A stretch of 64,000 nt of DNA from Ginglymostoma cirratum. Lineage: Eukaryota. The number at the start of each line of letters is the position of its first letter. Within the stretch, counting starts at the first letter, position 1. The position numbers were made by a program, and so were the translations under genes. Where the stretch lies: NCBI GenBank assembly GCA_024137785.1, contig JAHRHZ010000024.1, forward strand, positions 33,154,644-33,218,643. Direction: 5' to 3'. The notes below the pieces were generated by a model that worked only from the letters and a program-made list of their open reading frames with translations, did no database searches and was not told where the DNA came from. This document shows positions 49,786-62,448 of the stretch, in pieces.

Positions 49786-52374
49786 GTGTGGGCATAACAC
49801 GCTAAAAATTCTTGCTCCTGTTTCATCCTAAAGGGAACATATCAGGTCTGTACTCTCCCTAGTAGTTTTTTGTATGCCTCCCACTCCTCTGCAGTAAATT
49901 TACCCTCAGGTAGCTGATGCCAGTCTACTTTGGCCAGATCCTGCCTTATTTTAATAAAATCTGTCTTTCCCCATTCCAAAACCCTTTTTTTGGAAACCAC
50001 CTTTCTCCATTTCCATAACAAACTCACAACCTACTGTGTAGCAGTCACTATCACTTCAAACACCTGTCAGCTTCATTCCCCAAAATTAGGTCCAGCACTG
50101 CACCGTCCCTTGTCTAACCACCTACATGCTGACATAAAAAGCTTTCTTGTATGCATTTCAAGAAATCCGTTGCCTCTAAATCCTTTACACTATAACTATC
50201 CTAATTCATATTAGAGTAGTTGAATTCCCCAAATACAATTATTTAATATTGTTTTTACATGGCTTTATGAATTGACAACACATCTGCTCCTAAATTGCCC
50301 ATTGTCTATTTGGGAGTCTATAGTACACTCCTAACAGTGTGACTAACCCCTTTTCCATTCCTTATTTCAACCCACGAAACCTCATTTGAGGACCCTTCCA
50401 TGATAACATCCTCCTTACAGCAGTAATTGACTCCCTAACTAATCATGCAACACCATCTCCATTTTTTGGCACCCTCCCCTGTCCTGCTTTAAGATCCTAT
50501 ACTGCAAAATGTTAAGATCTCAGTTTTGTCCCACCCTCAACCACATCTTTGCGACAGCAATAACATGGCAATTCCATGTATCAATCCATACCCTTAACTC
50601 CTCTGTCCTACCGCTAATACACCTAGCATTAAAGTAAAGGCCAACCATGTTCACCTTACTGCCTTGAGGTACCAGACACCTAAACTCCTTGTGCCTTAGT
50701 TCCTTTCATTAGTTATGCTGTTAAACTATTGCATTGTTTGCCCAGTCCCTGCTGAACTAGTTTAAACTGCTCCCTGCAGCATTCGCAATCTCGCCTGCAA
50801 GGATGTTAGTCACATTCTGGTTCAGGTGCAGAATATCCCGCTCATGAAGGTCCCATCTTCCCCAGAAACAGACCTAGAGATCCAGAAATCTAAAACCCTC
50901 CCTCCTGCAATATATACTGAGCCATGAATTCATCTGCTCTTTCTCGACTTGCCAGCATCTGGTGCTGGGAGTAATCCTCAGATGACAATCTCCAAGGTTT
51001 GGATTCTTAATCTGTTGCCTCGTTCCCTGAACTCTTGATGCAAGGCCTCATCTCTCATTTTACCTATTCCATTAGCAACAATATGTACCACAGCTTATCT
51101 CCCTCCCGCTTTCAGGTTGCAACCTTGATCTACGCACCAGGGATGCAACGCACGATTGTGGAGTACATCTGCAGCTACAGAAATGCCTGCCTGCTTCCTT
51201 TACTAATGAATCCCCAATTACCATCATTCCTACTTTCTTCTTCCTCCACTCGTGTACAGTCAGGCTGCCTGTAGTGCTAGAAGCCTGGCTCTGACAGTAG
51301 TTCCTTGATGTACAAACGCCCTTCACAGCTTCCAGAACAGAAGACTGATTGACGAATAGGACTACATTGGACTCCTGAACTACCTGCCTGTCTGTCCTTG
51401 GCTACCTGGTAGTCACTGATTCACTTCTTTCCTCCAGTCCTTTCAGCTGCAGTGTGACCACCTCTCTAAACATGCTATCCACGGACTTCTCAACATCAGG
51501 GATTTTCCACACTATCACGACTCACTGCTCAAGTTCCAAAACCTGGAGTTCAGGTTTGTGCAGTTGTGAGCACTTCCTGCAGACACAGTCAACTTGACAC
51601 CGGCTGGATCTGTGACTGTCCACAGATGAGAGGAAACACATTCCACTCAGCGGCCCTTGCCTACTGGAATTTGAAATTCTTTGGGTTTATAAGCATATCC
51701 ATAAATTGTTTGACGCTTTTTTAAAATAACTGCAATTTAGGGAACATTCTTCAAGGTAGCCCCCTTAGCAGCCAATCAGCGCACTGCTTTCCTGTGACAT
51801 CACTCCAGTTCGTTGTCAATAGTCAAGTATAACCTGGGTCCACCACATTGAGACATGCTGTAAGATGGATAGTCTCATCTAAACACAATTTCTACAATTA
51901 AAGAAACATATGAATTGTGAAAGAGTTCACATTTTTTTAGCCCCCCGTCCCAAAGTCTCTAAAAGTAAACTAAAACAAACTTCACATTGATGCTCAAAGT
52001 TCTAAATTTAGGTGAATTCAAAAGTGAACAGAGTAAATTGCTTATTGTTCTGAATTAAAAGCACATGCTTTGCATGCATCAGACACATGAAAGCTCCCAA
52101 GTGGCAACAAAAGCTTCAATTTCTCTAATTTAAATCTCCATCCTAATTCTGACCCATGGAACTCACACATGGTCAGATATCAGGCTCCAAAGTAATCACA
52201 TTTGGCAATTGATTTGTCTCAAATGAAAAGACAATCACCAAGGAGATCCATCAGAGGCGTGAGGCAATTAAATTAGAAGAAATTTAAACAAATGTACGAA
52301 ACCTTCAGAGATACAGGCTCACATGTTCAACAGAAATTCAGGGTCAAAAATCTTCAAACTCCTTTTCTCACAGT

Positions 52375-52505
52375 ATTGTGCATGTAACTACTGCACGCGG
52401 ATTAGAACAGTTTATGTAGTCAGCTGAACACCACCTGCTCGAGGATAATTACAGATGAGGAACAAATGCAGGCCTTGCCAGCAATGATCATATCCCAGGG
52501 AAGAG
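52375..52505 (+). mobile_element. 3' tail of the tRNA-headed LINE
   Basis: cagctgaacaccacctgctcgaggataattacagatgaggaacaaatgcaggccttgccagc, whose last ~60 nt match the SINE tail. Confidence 0.65.
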
Positions 52506-52552
52506 CCTAGAAAAAGTAACCTATCATTTTGGAGATTACGTGAAGCAGGTTA

Positions 52553-52652
52553 TAAACAGAAAGTGCTGGAGAAACTCAGAAGGTCTGGCAGCAGGGCAGG
52601 AGAGAGATGGAGAGTTAGCATTTCGAGTCCAGTGTGATATCTCTTTGGAACA
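52553..52652 (-). mobile_element. Penelope family B terminal fragment
   Basis: aagtgctggagaaactcagaaggtctggcagc..gagttagcatttcgagtcc. Confidence 0.75.
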
Positions 52653-52849
52653 GTCATGTTTATTGCAGATCTACAGCTCTTGTTTATATATACAGAATCA
52701 GATTTAACTAATTTATCTTATCCAATGGTTTACAATCACCCAATATCACAGACTTACCCATTCAAATACTGTGGTACGCTGGTATCAAATGATCGACATT
52801 GTCGAAGATCAGAAATGTACATAAAGTCAAATACAAATCATGCATCAGA

Positions 52850-53125
52850 AAAACTGCGACGATAATGTTGGTCTGCGCAAGCTGGGATGTGAAGGAGAAC
52901 TCGCTGTTAATGAAACAATTGGTAATAATAACCTGGAATTCACTGCCCACAAAGACAGTAGAAACAGACATGAATCAGCAGTTTCAAAAGAAAACTGGAG
53001 GGGCATTAGAGGGAAAGAAGTTTACAAACCTTCAAGGATTAAGCAAGAAAATGAGCTGGATCAGATCCTTCTTCAGTAAGCTGGTCTGGACTTAACGGGT
53101 CGAACGGCCTCCTTCTGCGCAATAA
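52850..53125 (+). mobile_element. CR1 3' end, decayed
   Basis: TWNSLPTKTVE; terminal stem-loop gggtcgaacggcctccttctg. Confidence 0.7.
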
Positions 53126-54149
53126 TCATACTATACCTCTTTGGATGCACTGGCAAAGTGTACAACAACATAACAGTGTTCCAAAATAACACTTGCAACA
53201 TTCAATTTCAACTTATGCTTTCACCCAGAAGCAAAGCAGAACACAGTCAAGTATGAAATTTGATTCTTCCCAGATTCCTCGTATCCAGAATGATAGCAAT
53301 GCTTACTTTCTCTGCATTCAGAATTCTGAAGTTTTGGAGATATTTTAAATGCCAGCACTCAAGGAGATTACTTGCTGCATTGTAACCCACTGTTGCCCAC
53401 AAACTTGAGGTTTTCAAAAATTGATTCTGTATCAATTCTGACCTTAATTATTCAGATATCGAATTATTGACAGTTGCTAGCAATCGTGGTGCCAATTAAT
53501 AAAGAAAAGTACACTTTTTCAATATACAAGGTATGTTAGCTGTCTTGTTAAATTTAAAAAATATGGTAGAGATCCAATCCACTGTAGTTCTAACGGGCTG
53601 GCCAAAGTCTCAAAACATCAAGACTGTCCAAGACTGTTCTAGCTGGACTCTCTGGCACCAGTCTCCCACTCCCTCCGGCTGCCAGTATTTTTGTTTTTAC
53701 AAAGAGTACATTAAGTGCATTCTTTACTGTGCTGACGTCAATGTTGGGTAGCCTCTGACAACACCCTTAATAGTAGGGCTGATCTGATGATTTCCCACAC
53801 TTTGAATTTCTAGCGATGATGCAAAGCTGCAACTGAAAGAAAAATCAGTCACAGCTGCCTGCTGCTCAGGCGATCTGACAACACCGATTTTATAATATCG
53901 TCTGAAGTTAAAACGATCCCTTCCCAGTCAATGCATCCCAAAGAGTCAACAATATTCAGCATCATTGAGTGTTTTTGAAATTATGTGAGCCCAGTGCTAT
54001 AGGAATCTTTTGTATTCAGGCCCATCCCTTCATTAGAGCACGAAATCCTAAGGTCACAAATGAAAAGCATCATTCAGTATTGCACTGAGCCACCAAACAT
54101 AAACTGGTATTCAGACTTTGAACCAGTATCTGTGTGTTGAACAGGAATG

Positions 54150-54347
54150 ATGTGGAGGTGCCAGTGTTGAACTGGGTTAGACAAGGTCAGAAATCATACA
54201 ACACCAGGTTACAGTCCAACAGTTTTATTTGAAAACACAAGTTTCGGAGTCTTACTCTCACCTGAAGAAAGAGTAAGACTCCAAAAGCTTGTGTTTTTAA
54301 ATAAACCTGTTGGACTACAACCTGGAGTCATGTGATTTCTGACCTTG
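54150..54347. mobile_element. Penelope family D fold-back with hammerhead-like motif
   Basis: ~80-bp inverted arms (54182-54258 and 54270-54347), ~32-nt tail on the left only; ctgaaga-aa-gagt(aag)actc-c-aaaagctt (left arm has cgaaa). Confidence 0.8.
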
Positions 54348-54705
54348 ATTAAGAATCACAAGACAGAAAAGAATGGTTAAGTATCAGGCTTGAACATGGA
54401 GCCTACCATAACTTCTGAAACACGATCAATGTCTGGGTGGAGTTCTGTGGTTTTCTGACGAAAAGACCATACCCATGGGTAAATAAGAATTGCATGAGGA
54501 GCAGAGGTCCAAAGACAGAGAAGGGCACCTTACTTAGCTGGTATCAAGGATTTGGTATGGTGTAACGCTAAGGATCAAGACCATGTGACATATTGAGGGA
54601 GGTTTTCTGCCTTTGCTCTCTCTGTACAGAGCATTATGCACCAGATCTATATCTTGGAATGTTGAACATTGAGAATAACACAGCCATGAATTGATCACCT
54701 CATCT

Positions 54706-55360
54706 GAAAACAACAATGCTGGTGATCACAGCGGATCAGACAGCATCCATGGAGAGAGAGAGCAAGCTAATGTTTTGAGCTAGGATGACTCTTCATCAGA
54801 GCAGAAGAGAAGTGTGGAGGGGACAGCGTTTATGCTAGAGTTGGCCAGGGGTGGTGGGTGTGAAGTGCTGGTTGAGAAAAGACGCTGATAGTTCAGATTA
54901 AGTGATCAGAATGTGAGAATAGCAGAACAATGATGTATCTGTCATCTGATGAAGGGTTTAGGCCCGAAACGTCAAGTTTTCCTGCTCCTATGATGCTGCT
55001 TGACCTGCTGTGTTCATCCAGCCCCATGCTTGTTATCTCGGATTCTCCAGCATCTGCAGTACCTTTTATCTCTGACAGTCCCACTGAGTTGGGGGGGAGC
55101 AGAGGGAAGGCAGGGAGGGGAGAGAGAACATGGTGATAGAGAATGTAACAATTAAAGCTTGTGGTGTTGAACTTAATATTAAGTCCAGAAGGCTGTAAAC
55201 TGCCCAGTCTGAAGATGAGGTGTTGTTCCTTTCCTGTAGCCAGTCATTTTAACACAGTGTCCTGCTCGCCTGCCCACTTGTCTGTCCTCGGCATGCTGCA
55301 GTGCTCCAGTGAATCACAGCACAAACTGGAGGAACAATACCTCATCTTCAGACTAGGCAG
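54706..55360. mobile_element. Penelope family C 3' end (minus, 54706-55230) with inverted ORF piece (plus, 55231-55360)
   Basis: Minus EQHLIFRLGSLQPSGLNIKF; plus PVASHFN..LSVLGMLQC..KLEEQYLIFRLG; degenerate hammerhead ctgatgaagagtc at ~54770-54809 (-). Confidence 0.85.
54944..55073 (+). mobile_element. Penelope family A solo ~130-nt unit nested in family C
   Basis: Starts at ctgatgaagggtttaggcccgaaacgtc (54946-54973), ends with tail gtaccttttatctct. Confidence 0.9.
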
Positions 55361-57298
55361 GAAGTCATGTACCACTCTAACCTCAGATCACAATAGGCCT
55401 ACATGGAATTGTTTCAGATAGCAACACTTACACACTAAAATGACAAGCACAGATGATACAGGCAGGGATCTGACATAACATGGTATTTAGCAAATTAGCA
55501 GTACTGAATGGATATTCCACAGCAAAAACAATGGGAGGTGCGGTTTCTCCTGGTGGTCATTTCACCTCTTAAAAGTTTGAGTATTCATTGTGTTTCTAAT
55601 GGCTTTGTTTACACTATGTTTTATTTGAACAAAAGGATTCAGGTTATGCTGAAGGCACAATTTTTGGTGGATGTCCCCTGCTCTATCAGCTAATCGATCA
55701 GCATTAATATTGAGTAATCTTTGACACTATGGAGTCAGACATACTAAATACTAGGATAAGGCCAATCAAGTTGCTTCACATCAAACCAATAAAGCTTAAA
55801 ATTGCTGTTAACCAAGAGTTAAATAATTGAAAATTTCTGGGAGACAAATTTGCAACAATTATGGTCCATTGCTTTACATCAACATGGCTTCTGGTTATTT
55901 CCTCCAAGTGAGCTAAAGGTTCATACAGCATTAGTCCAGTCTGGTTTGAAACCTGTATCCAAAAGCAAAAGCTCTGTGCTAACCCTATTGCACCATCCAT
56001 CCCACTCACTACCTCCTGTTATACCTCTGGCTTGCTGTACAACCGTGAAATAAATTCAATGGTCGTGATAATTCAAAGTCAGTATTTGCACAAAAGAAAA
56101 AGCAAATCTAACTCATCCTGCAACTTTAAACAAAAAAAAATGGACTGCAGACTTTTTAGTGTAAACTGAATTTAATTGCTTCAATGACTTTAATGAAGTA
56201 ACTTTGACTTCTTGTGAGTATGAAGGAGTTTCCTAACCCGTGTTGATGTATTAAACTGAAAACACAGAGAAGCATTTTGAACCATGATCTGCAGATGTTG
56301 CATCAAAGGAACAATATTGAGCAACCCAACTAATATGTTATTTTCTTCATAGTCATATTTATTAAACTGCCCCTTATTACAAATTTAGGTTTTGCATTAT
56401 TATTTGTTGTCAATCAAAGTGAGTGAAACAATGAATAAAAAATTTACGGCATCTTATGAATTTCTAATTACAATAATGAAATTCAAATGAATTCTGAACA
56501 GTTCAATATATTACTTTATAGAAAATTACGGCAATCTGATACCTCTGGGCCTTATCATAAACAGTCAGGGCGGCAAGTTATTAAAGGAAAAATCACAGTG
56601 GTAAATATGCTTTAGGCATAAAATGTGTATCGTTGGGTATCTAACATACAGAGCAACCTCCCTCTAAGTGGGTCAGCTGAATAGATTCTGAGCGAGGGTA
56701 TACGCTTTACTTGTGCAGTTGCATCCTATAGAGTATCAGGGTCACAGAGCTTTACAGAAGAGAACGAGAGTCTTTGCTCCATCGTGTCCGCACCAGTCAA
56801 CAAACACCTCCCATTTTCCAGGACTTGGCCTGTCGTGTTGCTATGTCGTTTCGCATGTTCAACAAAATACTTCTGCAATGTTGTGAGGGTTCCCGCCTCC
56901 ATCTCCATTTCGGGCAATGAATTCAAGATATGTCCAACCTTCAGTTGAAGAAAATGCCTCCTCAAATCCCTTCGAAACCTCCCACTTCTTAATCTTAAAT
57001 CTGTGTCCCCAGTTATTGACCCCTCCATTTTGGGAAAATGTTGCTTCCTCAAAATTTTGCACACTTCAACCACATTTTCCCCTCAACCTCTTTTGCCTGA
57101 AGGCAAGCACTCCCAGCTAATCCAATCTCTACGACAGTTGAGAGTTCCAGTCAAGGTAACATCCTGGTGAATCTCCTCTGCACCCTCTCTAATGCAATCA
57201 TCCTTCCTACAGTGTAACGATCGAAACCACACAATACTCCAGTCGTAGGGCTGGATGAACACAGCAGGCCAAGCAGCATCATAGAAGCAGGAAAGCTT

Positions 57299-57326
57299 GA
57301 CGTTTCGGGCCGAGACCCTTCATCAG
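57299..57326 (-). ncRNA. Minimal hammerhead ribozyme motif
   Basis: CUGAUGA-A-GGGU(CUCG)GCCC-GAAA-CGUC. Confidence 0.75.
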
Positions 57327-58173
57327 AAATGGGGCAGGGGAAGAGGGTTCTGAAATAAATAGGGAGAGAGGGGGAGGCGGATAGAAGATGGATAGAGGAG
57401 AGGATAGGTGGAGAAGAGGCAGACAAGTCGAAGAGGCGGCGATGGAGCCAGTAAAGGTGAGTGTAGGTTGGNNNNNNNNNNNNNNNNNNNNNNNNNNNNN
57501 NNNNNNNNNNNNNNNNNNNNNNNNNNNNNNNNNNNNNNNNNNNNNNNNNNNNNNNNNNNNNNNNNNNNNNNGTAGATAGGAGATGGGGGTGGGGCTTGAG
57601 GTGGGAGGAGGGGATAGGTGAGAGGAAAAACAGGTTAGGGAGGTGGAGATCAGCTGGGCTGGTTTTGGGGAGGGGAGATTTTGAAGCTTGTGAAATCAAC
57701 ATTGATACCATTGGGCTGCAGGGTTCCCAGGCTGAATATGAGTTGCTGTTCCTGCAGCCTTCAGGTGGCATCACTGTGGCATTGCAGGAGGCCCATGGGC
57801 CCTGCAGCCCAATGGTATCAATGTTGATTTCACAAGCTTCAAAATCTCCCCTCCCCCAACCGCATCCCAAAACCAGCCCAGCTCATCTCCGCCTCCCTAA
57901 CCTGTCCTTCCTCTCACCTATCCCCTCCTCCCACCTCAAGCCCCACCCCCATCTCCTATCTACTAACCTTATCCCGCCCCCTTGACCTGTCCGTCCTCCT
58001 TGGACTGACCTATCTCCTCCCTACCCCCCCTACCTACACTCACCTTTATTGGCTCCATCCCCGCCTCTTTGACTTGTCTGCCTCCTCTCCACCTATCCTC
58101 TCCTCTATCCATCTTCTATCCGCCTCCCCCTCTCTCCTTATTTATTTCAGAACCCCCTTCCCCTCCCCCATTT

Positions 58174-58201
58174 CTGAAGAAGGGTCGAGGCCCGAAACGT
58201 C
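58174..58201 (+). ncRNA. Minimal hammerhead ribozyme motif
   Basis: CUGAAGA-A-GGGU(CGAG)GCCC-GAAA-CGUC. Confidence 0.75.
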
Positions 58202-59564
58202 AAGCTTTCCTGCTTCTATGATGCTGCTTGGCCTGCTGTGTTCATCCAGCCCCACACCTTGTTATCTCGGACTCTCCAGCCTCTGCAGTACCTTTTATCT
58301 CTAATACTCCAGTCGTGGTCTAGTTAATGTTACATACAGTTCCATTATAACCTCCATGCTCTTGTATTCGATGAATTTGACTAACAAAGGCAAGTATCCT
58401 ATATGACTTCTTAACCACCCTATTCAGGGTCCTGTTGCCTTCAAGGATTTGTACAATAAGGTCCTGCTGATCCTCTGTACTTTCACAGGTCCTACCATTC
58501 ATCACATGCTGTCTTGTTTTGTTAGTCATCCCAAAATGCAATGCCTCACAGTTTTCTAGAATAATTTCCATTTGCCACTGCCCCGCCAACCTGACCAGCT
58601 AATCTATATCATCCCCGTGGTCTCAGGCTTTACTCCTGGCTTTTAAACACACACTAATTTTGCTGTTATCTGTGAACTCAGTGATCATACCTCCTACAGT
58701 CATATCGAGATCATTAATGTACACAACAAACAGCAAGGGACCCAGCACTGAACTTTGTGGTATGCAACAGAGCACAGGCATTATATGTCACAAAGAAATC
58801 ATTTGACCATCACCCTTTGCCTCCAACCACTAAGCCAATTTGGATCAAATTTGCCAAATTGCCCTGCATCCCAGCTCCATTGAACAAGTTAAATTAAGAG
58901 CCATTCCATTCCACAGTGTCTCCTCACTTGGCATTTTAAAAACACAATGATACTCAATTAGCTTACAATCACATTTTGTAATGGAGAAATGTACAGTTCT
59001 GAACTTTTTAAAAAATCATTATGTTTTCTTCTATGGAATTGTCACACAAATCCTGAAACTATCAACTGTACTTTTTCCAGATCTCACCATGTACATTTGG
59101 CACACAGACTCTAGGCCAGTAACTAGTGGTTTCACATCATGGATACTGATATAAACATGTTATAATAATATCCCTTTTAACTCTTTGAGCATCCCACTTT
59201 TTGCAGAATTAAAATTAATACCTTTTTGTATCGATATTAGAATATCAATGGTGCCAATACATCAGATATCTAAAACTGTCAAAGTTAATCAACCTTTAAA
59301 AGGAAATTGCTAACTCTAAAATTAAAATTCTTTATCAAAAACATTATTTGGGTTATCAGCGCGATGGTAAAATATTGTGCCTCTACTTTGGGGATCTGGT
59401 ATCATTATTTCAATTGTTTTTTTGGAAGTGTCTACTTGCAGAGGGGAAGGTTTCTATCTATTTTAGTCTGAGAGATTTTGCTCCAGGAACAGGACTTATT
59501 TCAGTCCACACAAAACCGTGTCCTGTGACTCTGACCAGTATTCATCATCATATCTCAATAATTC

Positions 59565-61160
59565 TCACAGCATCGCAAAGACGTACAGCACAGAAAAAGG
59601 CCCTTCATCCCATTAAGTATGCACCAGTCAAAAACAATCACCGAATTATTCTAAATAAAGACCGAAAGAATTGTGGATGCTGTAAATCAGGAACAAAAAC
59701 AGAAATTGCTGGGAAAGCTCAGCAGGTCTGGCAGCATCTATGGAGTTCTAAGGAAGGTCACTCGACCCGAAATGTTAACTCTGATTTCTCTCCACAGATG
59801 CTACCAGACCTGCTGAGCTTTTCCAGCAATTTCGGTTTATGCATCTAATTATTCTAACCCCATTTTCTAGCTCCTGGCCCACAGCCTTATGTACTTTGGC
59901 ACCACAAGAGCACATCTAAATACTTCTTTAATGTTTGAGGGGTTTTGCCTCTATCACTCTTGTAGGCAGTGAGTTCCAGATTCCTACCATCTGGATGAAT
60001 AAGTTTTTTCCTCACATGTCCTCCAAACCTTCTGCCCCTTACCTTAAATTTATGCCCCAGCTATCGATCCTTCCATTAAGGGAAAAGTTTCTTTCTGTTT
60101 GCCATATCTATGCCTCTCATAATTTGAAACATCTTAATCATTTCCCCTCTCAATCTCTGTTGCCCTAAGGAAAACAACACCAATCTGTGGAATCTCTTGT
60201 CACAACTGAAACTGTCTAGCCCAGGCAACATCCTGGTAAACCTCCCATGCACTCTCTCCAGTGCTATCACATCCATCTTATAATGTGGATTTCCGAACTC
60301 TCACAATACTCTAGTTGTTGCCTAACCAATATTTTATACAATTCCAACTTAACTCGCCTGCTCTTAAACTCTAAGCCTCAGCTAATAAAGGACAGGATAA
60401 TATCTGCCTTCTTCATTACTTTATCCACTTGTCTCAGACTAGAAGGCATAAGTTTAAGGTGAGGAGTAAGTGGTTTAGAAGAGATCTTAGAAAATTGATT
60501 TTTTTCACCTAGAGGTTGGTTGAAATACGGAACATTCTGTCCGAGAGGGTGGTAGTGACAGGCACTCTCATAACATTTAAAAAGCACTTGGATGAACACT
60601 TAAAATACCAGAGCATAATCGTTTATGGACTAAGGGCAGGTAAATTAGATTAGTGTAGCTTGTTGGTCGGTAGAGAGGCCGAAGAGTCTGTTTCTATCTG
60701 TATGACTCTATGACCTATACTGATATCTTATGGGACTGGTGTACATGCACACCAAAGTCCCTCTAATTTTTGGAACTTTCCAAGTTCCTATCGTTCATCA
60801 TGTATTCTCTTGGCTCGTTTGCCCTGCCCAAGTGCTTCACCTCACCTTATCTAGATTGAATTCCATTTGCCACTGATCAACCCATGTGACCAGCTCACCT
60901 GTATCCTCCTTTAATCTAAGGCTATACTGCCCAGTATTTTAGCAATCTACTATTTGTCACCAATTTTTGAGAACTTACAGATCAACTGCCCTACATTAAA
61001 GTCTGAACCATTCACATAAATCATAAGCAACAAGAGCCCCAACCACTGACCCTTGTGATCCCAATGGACACAGACGTCCAGTCAAAAAAATACCCCTCAA
61101 CGATCACTCTCTGCTTCCTGCCACTCAACCAATTCTGGATCCAATTTTCCAAATTTCCTT
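59565..61160 (-). mobile_element. CR1 3' portion with nested inserts
   Basis: MDVIALERVHGRFTRMLPGL; contains a plus-strand CR1 3' end at ~60435-60713 ending tatgactctatga. Confidence 0.85.
59655..59841. mobile_element. Penelope family B fold-back
   Basis: Minus arm with tail 59655-59745, plus arm starts ttctaaggaaggtcactcgacccgaaatgtt; TSD aattattctaa at 59644-59654 and 59847-59857. Confidence 0.88.
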
Positions 61161-61189
61161 TTGACCTTAGTCTGACTGTGTGTTCAGAT

Positions 61190-61930
61190 GACATATGAGG
61201 TATTCAAGAACCCGTGTTCAAGATCAGGGCAAGGAAACTTCTCAACTTTTGCTGTGCTCTTGGAGCTTCCATCTCAGAAACAACTAAGCTATTTCAGGAC
61301 TCAGGTCAACCCTGACAGGTGTGCAAGTTTGCCAAAGAACCAGCATGTTTCCAGCTTCACAATGCATTTCTCTGTCCATGACATGATCTCAGCTTTCCTA
61401 TTCATCTCTGTGGGCTCCTACAGCTGACATGGTCATTTTCATCTACACTTGCATATCAACAGATATGCCAAATGCTCCTTTGCATTCCTTGTTGGAACAC
61501 TTACTGGCCCACTTTCAGGCCACAAGGTGAATTCAGGCTTTTGTGCAGCCTAAAGATCATGCTGTACATCGTCAACAGTGAGGATTCATTGTCAAGATTT
61601 ACATTCCAGTAGTTTTTGCAGGCATCAAAATCCCTGAAATTGTTTGATCCAACTAGTCCTGACACGATCTCATCTAGTATTGGAGTAGGGCATGAATGCC
61701 ACACTGCTTGATTCACATCAGGGAAATTCATAGCAATTTGGCTGTTCTCTCACAACAACATAAAACCTATCTGTAGACCTGGAGACTCCCACAACCACCT
61801 TTTCTTTTACCTCTTAAAGTTCTTTTTCCAACTTTTTCTTTAGTTGTCTGAGAACTTCACATGGGTTCCTTCTCTGGAACAACGGTGATATGATACTAAA
61901 AACATCCAACAATCTTGCCAAAACACACTG
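61190..61930 (-). mobile_element. Ty3/Gypsy pol (RT) relic
   Basis: DVNQAV..PTPILDEIVSGLVGSNNFRDFDACKNYWNVNLDNESSLLT..PCGLK aligns to Gypsy RT DLNKA..P.PTLDE..L.G...F..LD...YW.I.LD.ES..LT..PFGL. Confidence 0.78.
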
Positions 61931-62316
61931 AGCACATTTGGACTAAAACTCTATGTTTTTTTCATTGCACTGAGTGTGCAGCCATCAACTTTCAGTGAAG
62001 TCTTCTTCATAGTTCACTGAAGTCAGCTGCTGCTCTTTGCAACTGATCAACCCCAAGATAGCAGAACTAGCTGTTTCAATGACATACAGCAACCATTTAA
62101 TTGCTTTTTCTCAGCGTCCCCCTTTGGCTTACATTGTTTATAGCTGTCAAAACCCAGTTCCACCATTTGCTGTTGGCAGGACATGGCTCAATTTCAATAT
62201 ATGTTCAATATATGTTCCTTTGGGATACCATTTTCTTCAGGTTTTCAGTAAATGTTTTCCAGTGTAGTCTGAGTGCCATGATGTACTCTGTGGTTTGCTA
62301 ACATGCTTCAGCATTG

Positions 62317-62448
62317 GTTTCCGAAGAGGATTCATATTGGACTGAAGAGTATAACTCTGTTTCACTCTCCAAAGATGCTGCCAAATCTACCAGCACTTTC
62401 TGATTTTAATTCAGATTTCCAGCATCCACAATATTTTGCTTTTATTTT
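62317..62448 (+). mobile_element. Old Penelope family B solo unit
   Basis: ccgaaga..taactctgtttcactctccaaagatgctgcca..tcagatttccagcatcc. Confidence 0.65.

Larger units (their letters stand above)
48530..51810 (-). mobile_element. CR1 LINE 5' half: 5' UTR, ORF1 (Zn-finger/coiled coil plus SGNH esterase) and ORF2 N-terminal part, decayed
   Basis: ORF1 CVCRKCSQL..LELEQ and MVIGDSLV; ORF2 WGKTDFIKIRQDLAKVDW, FKIFCKCIKEKGITRERVEPV. Confidence 0.85.
57247..58302. mobile_element. Large Penelope family A fold-back (~500-bp arms) containing a 100-N gap (57472-57571)
   Basis: Minus arm 57247-57795, plus arm with tail 57796-58302; 14-bp TSD aatactccagtcgt at 57233-57246 and 58303-58316. Confidence 0.93.
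56728..58875 (-). mobile_element. CR1 RT to 3' end, interrupted by a Penelope fold-back
   Basis: IALERVQRRFTRMLP; WQMEIILENCEALHFG; GRFRRDLRRHF. Confidence 0.88.

Noticed and set aside
57151-57870. 239-aa ORF
   Set aside because: Runs through an N gap and an inverted repeat; artefact
59348-59848. 166-aa ORF
   Set aside because: Crosses a CR1 tail and a Penelope fold-back; no recognisable domain
61991-62021. 9-bp inverted repeat ttcagtgaa / ttcactgaa
   Set aside because: Short and single; plausible by chance, and bacterial-type terminators are not relevant here
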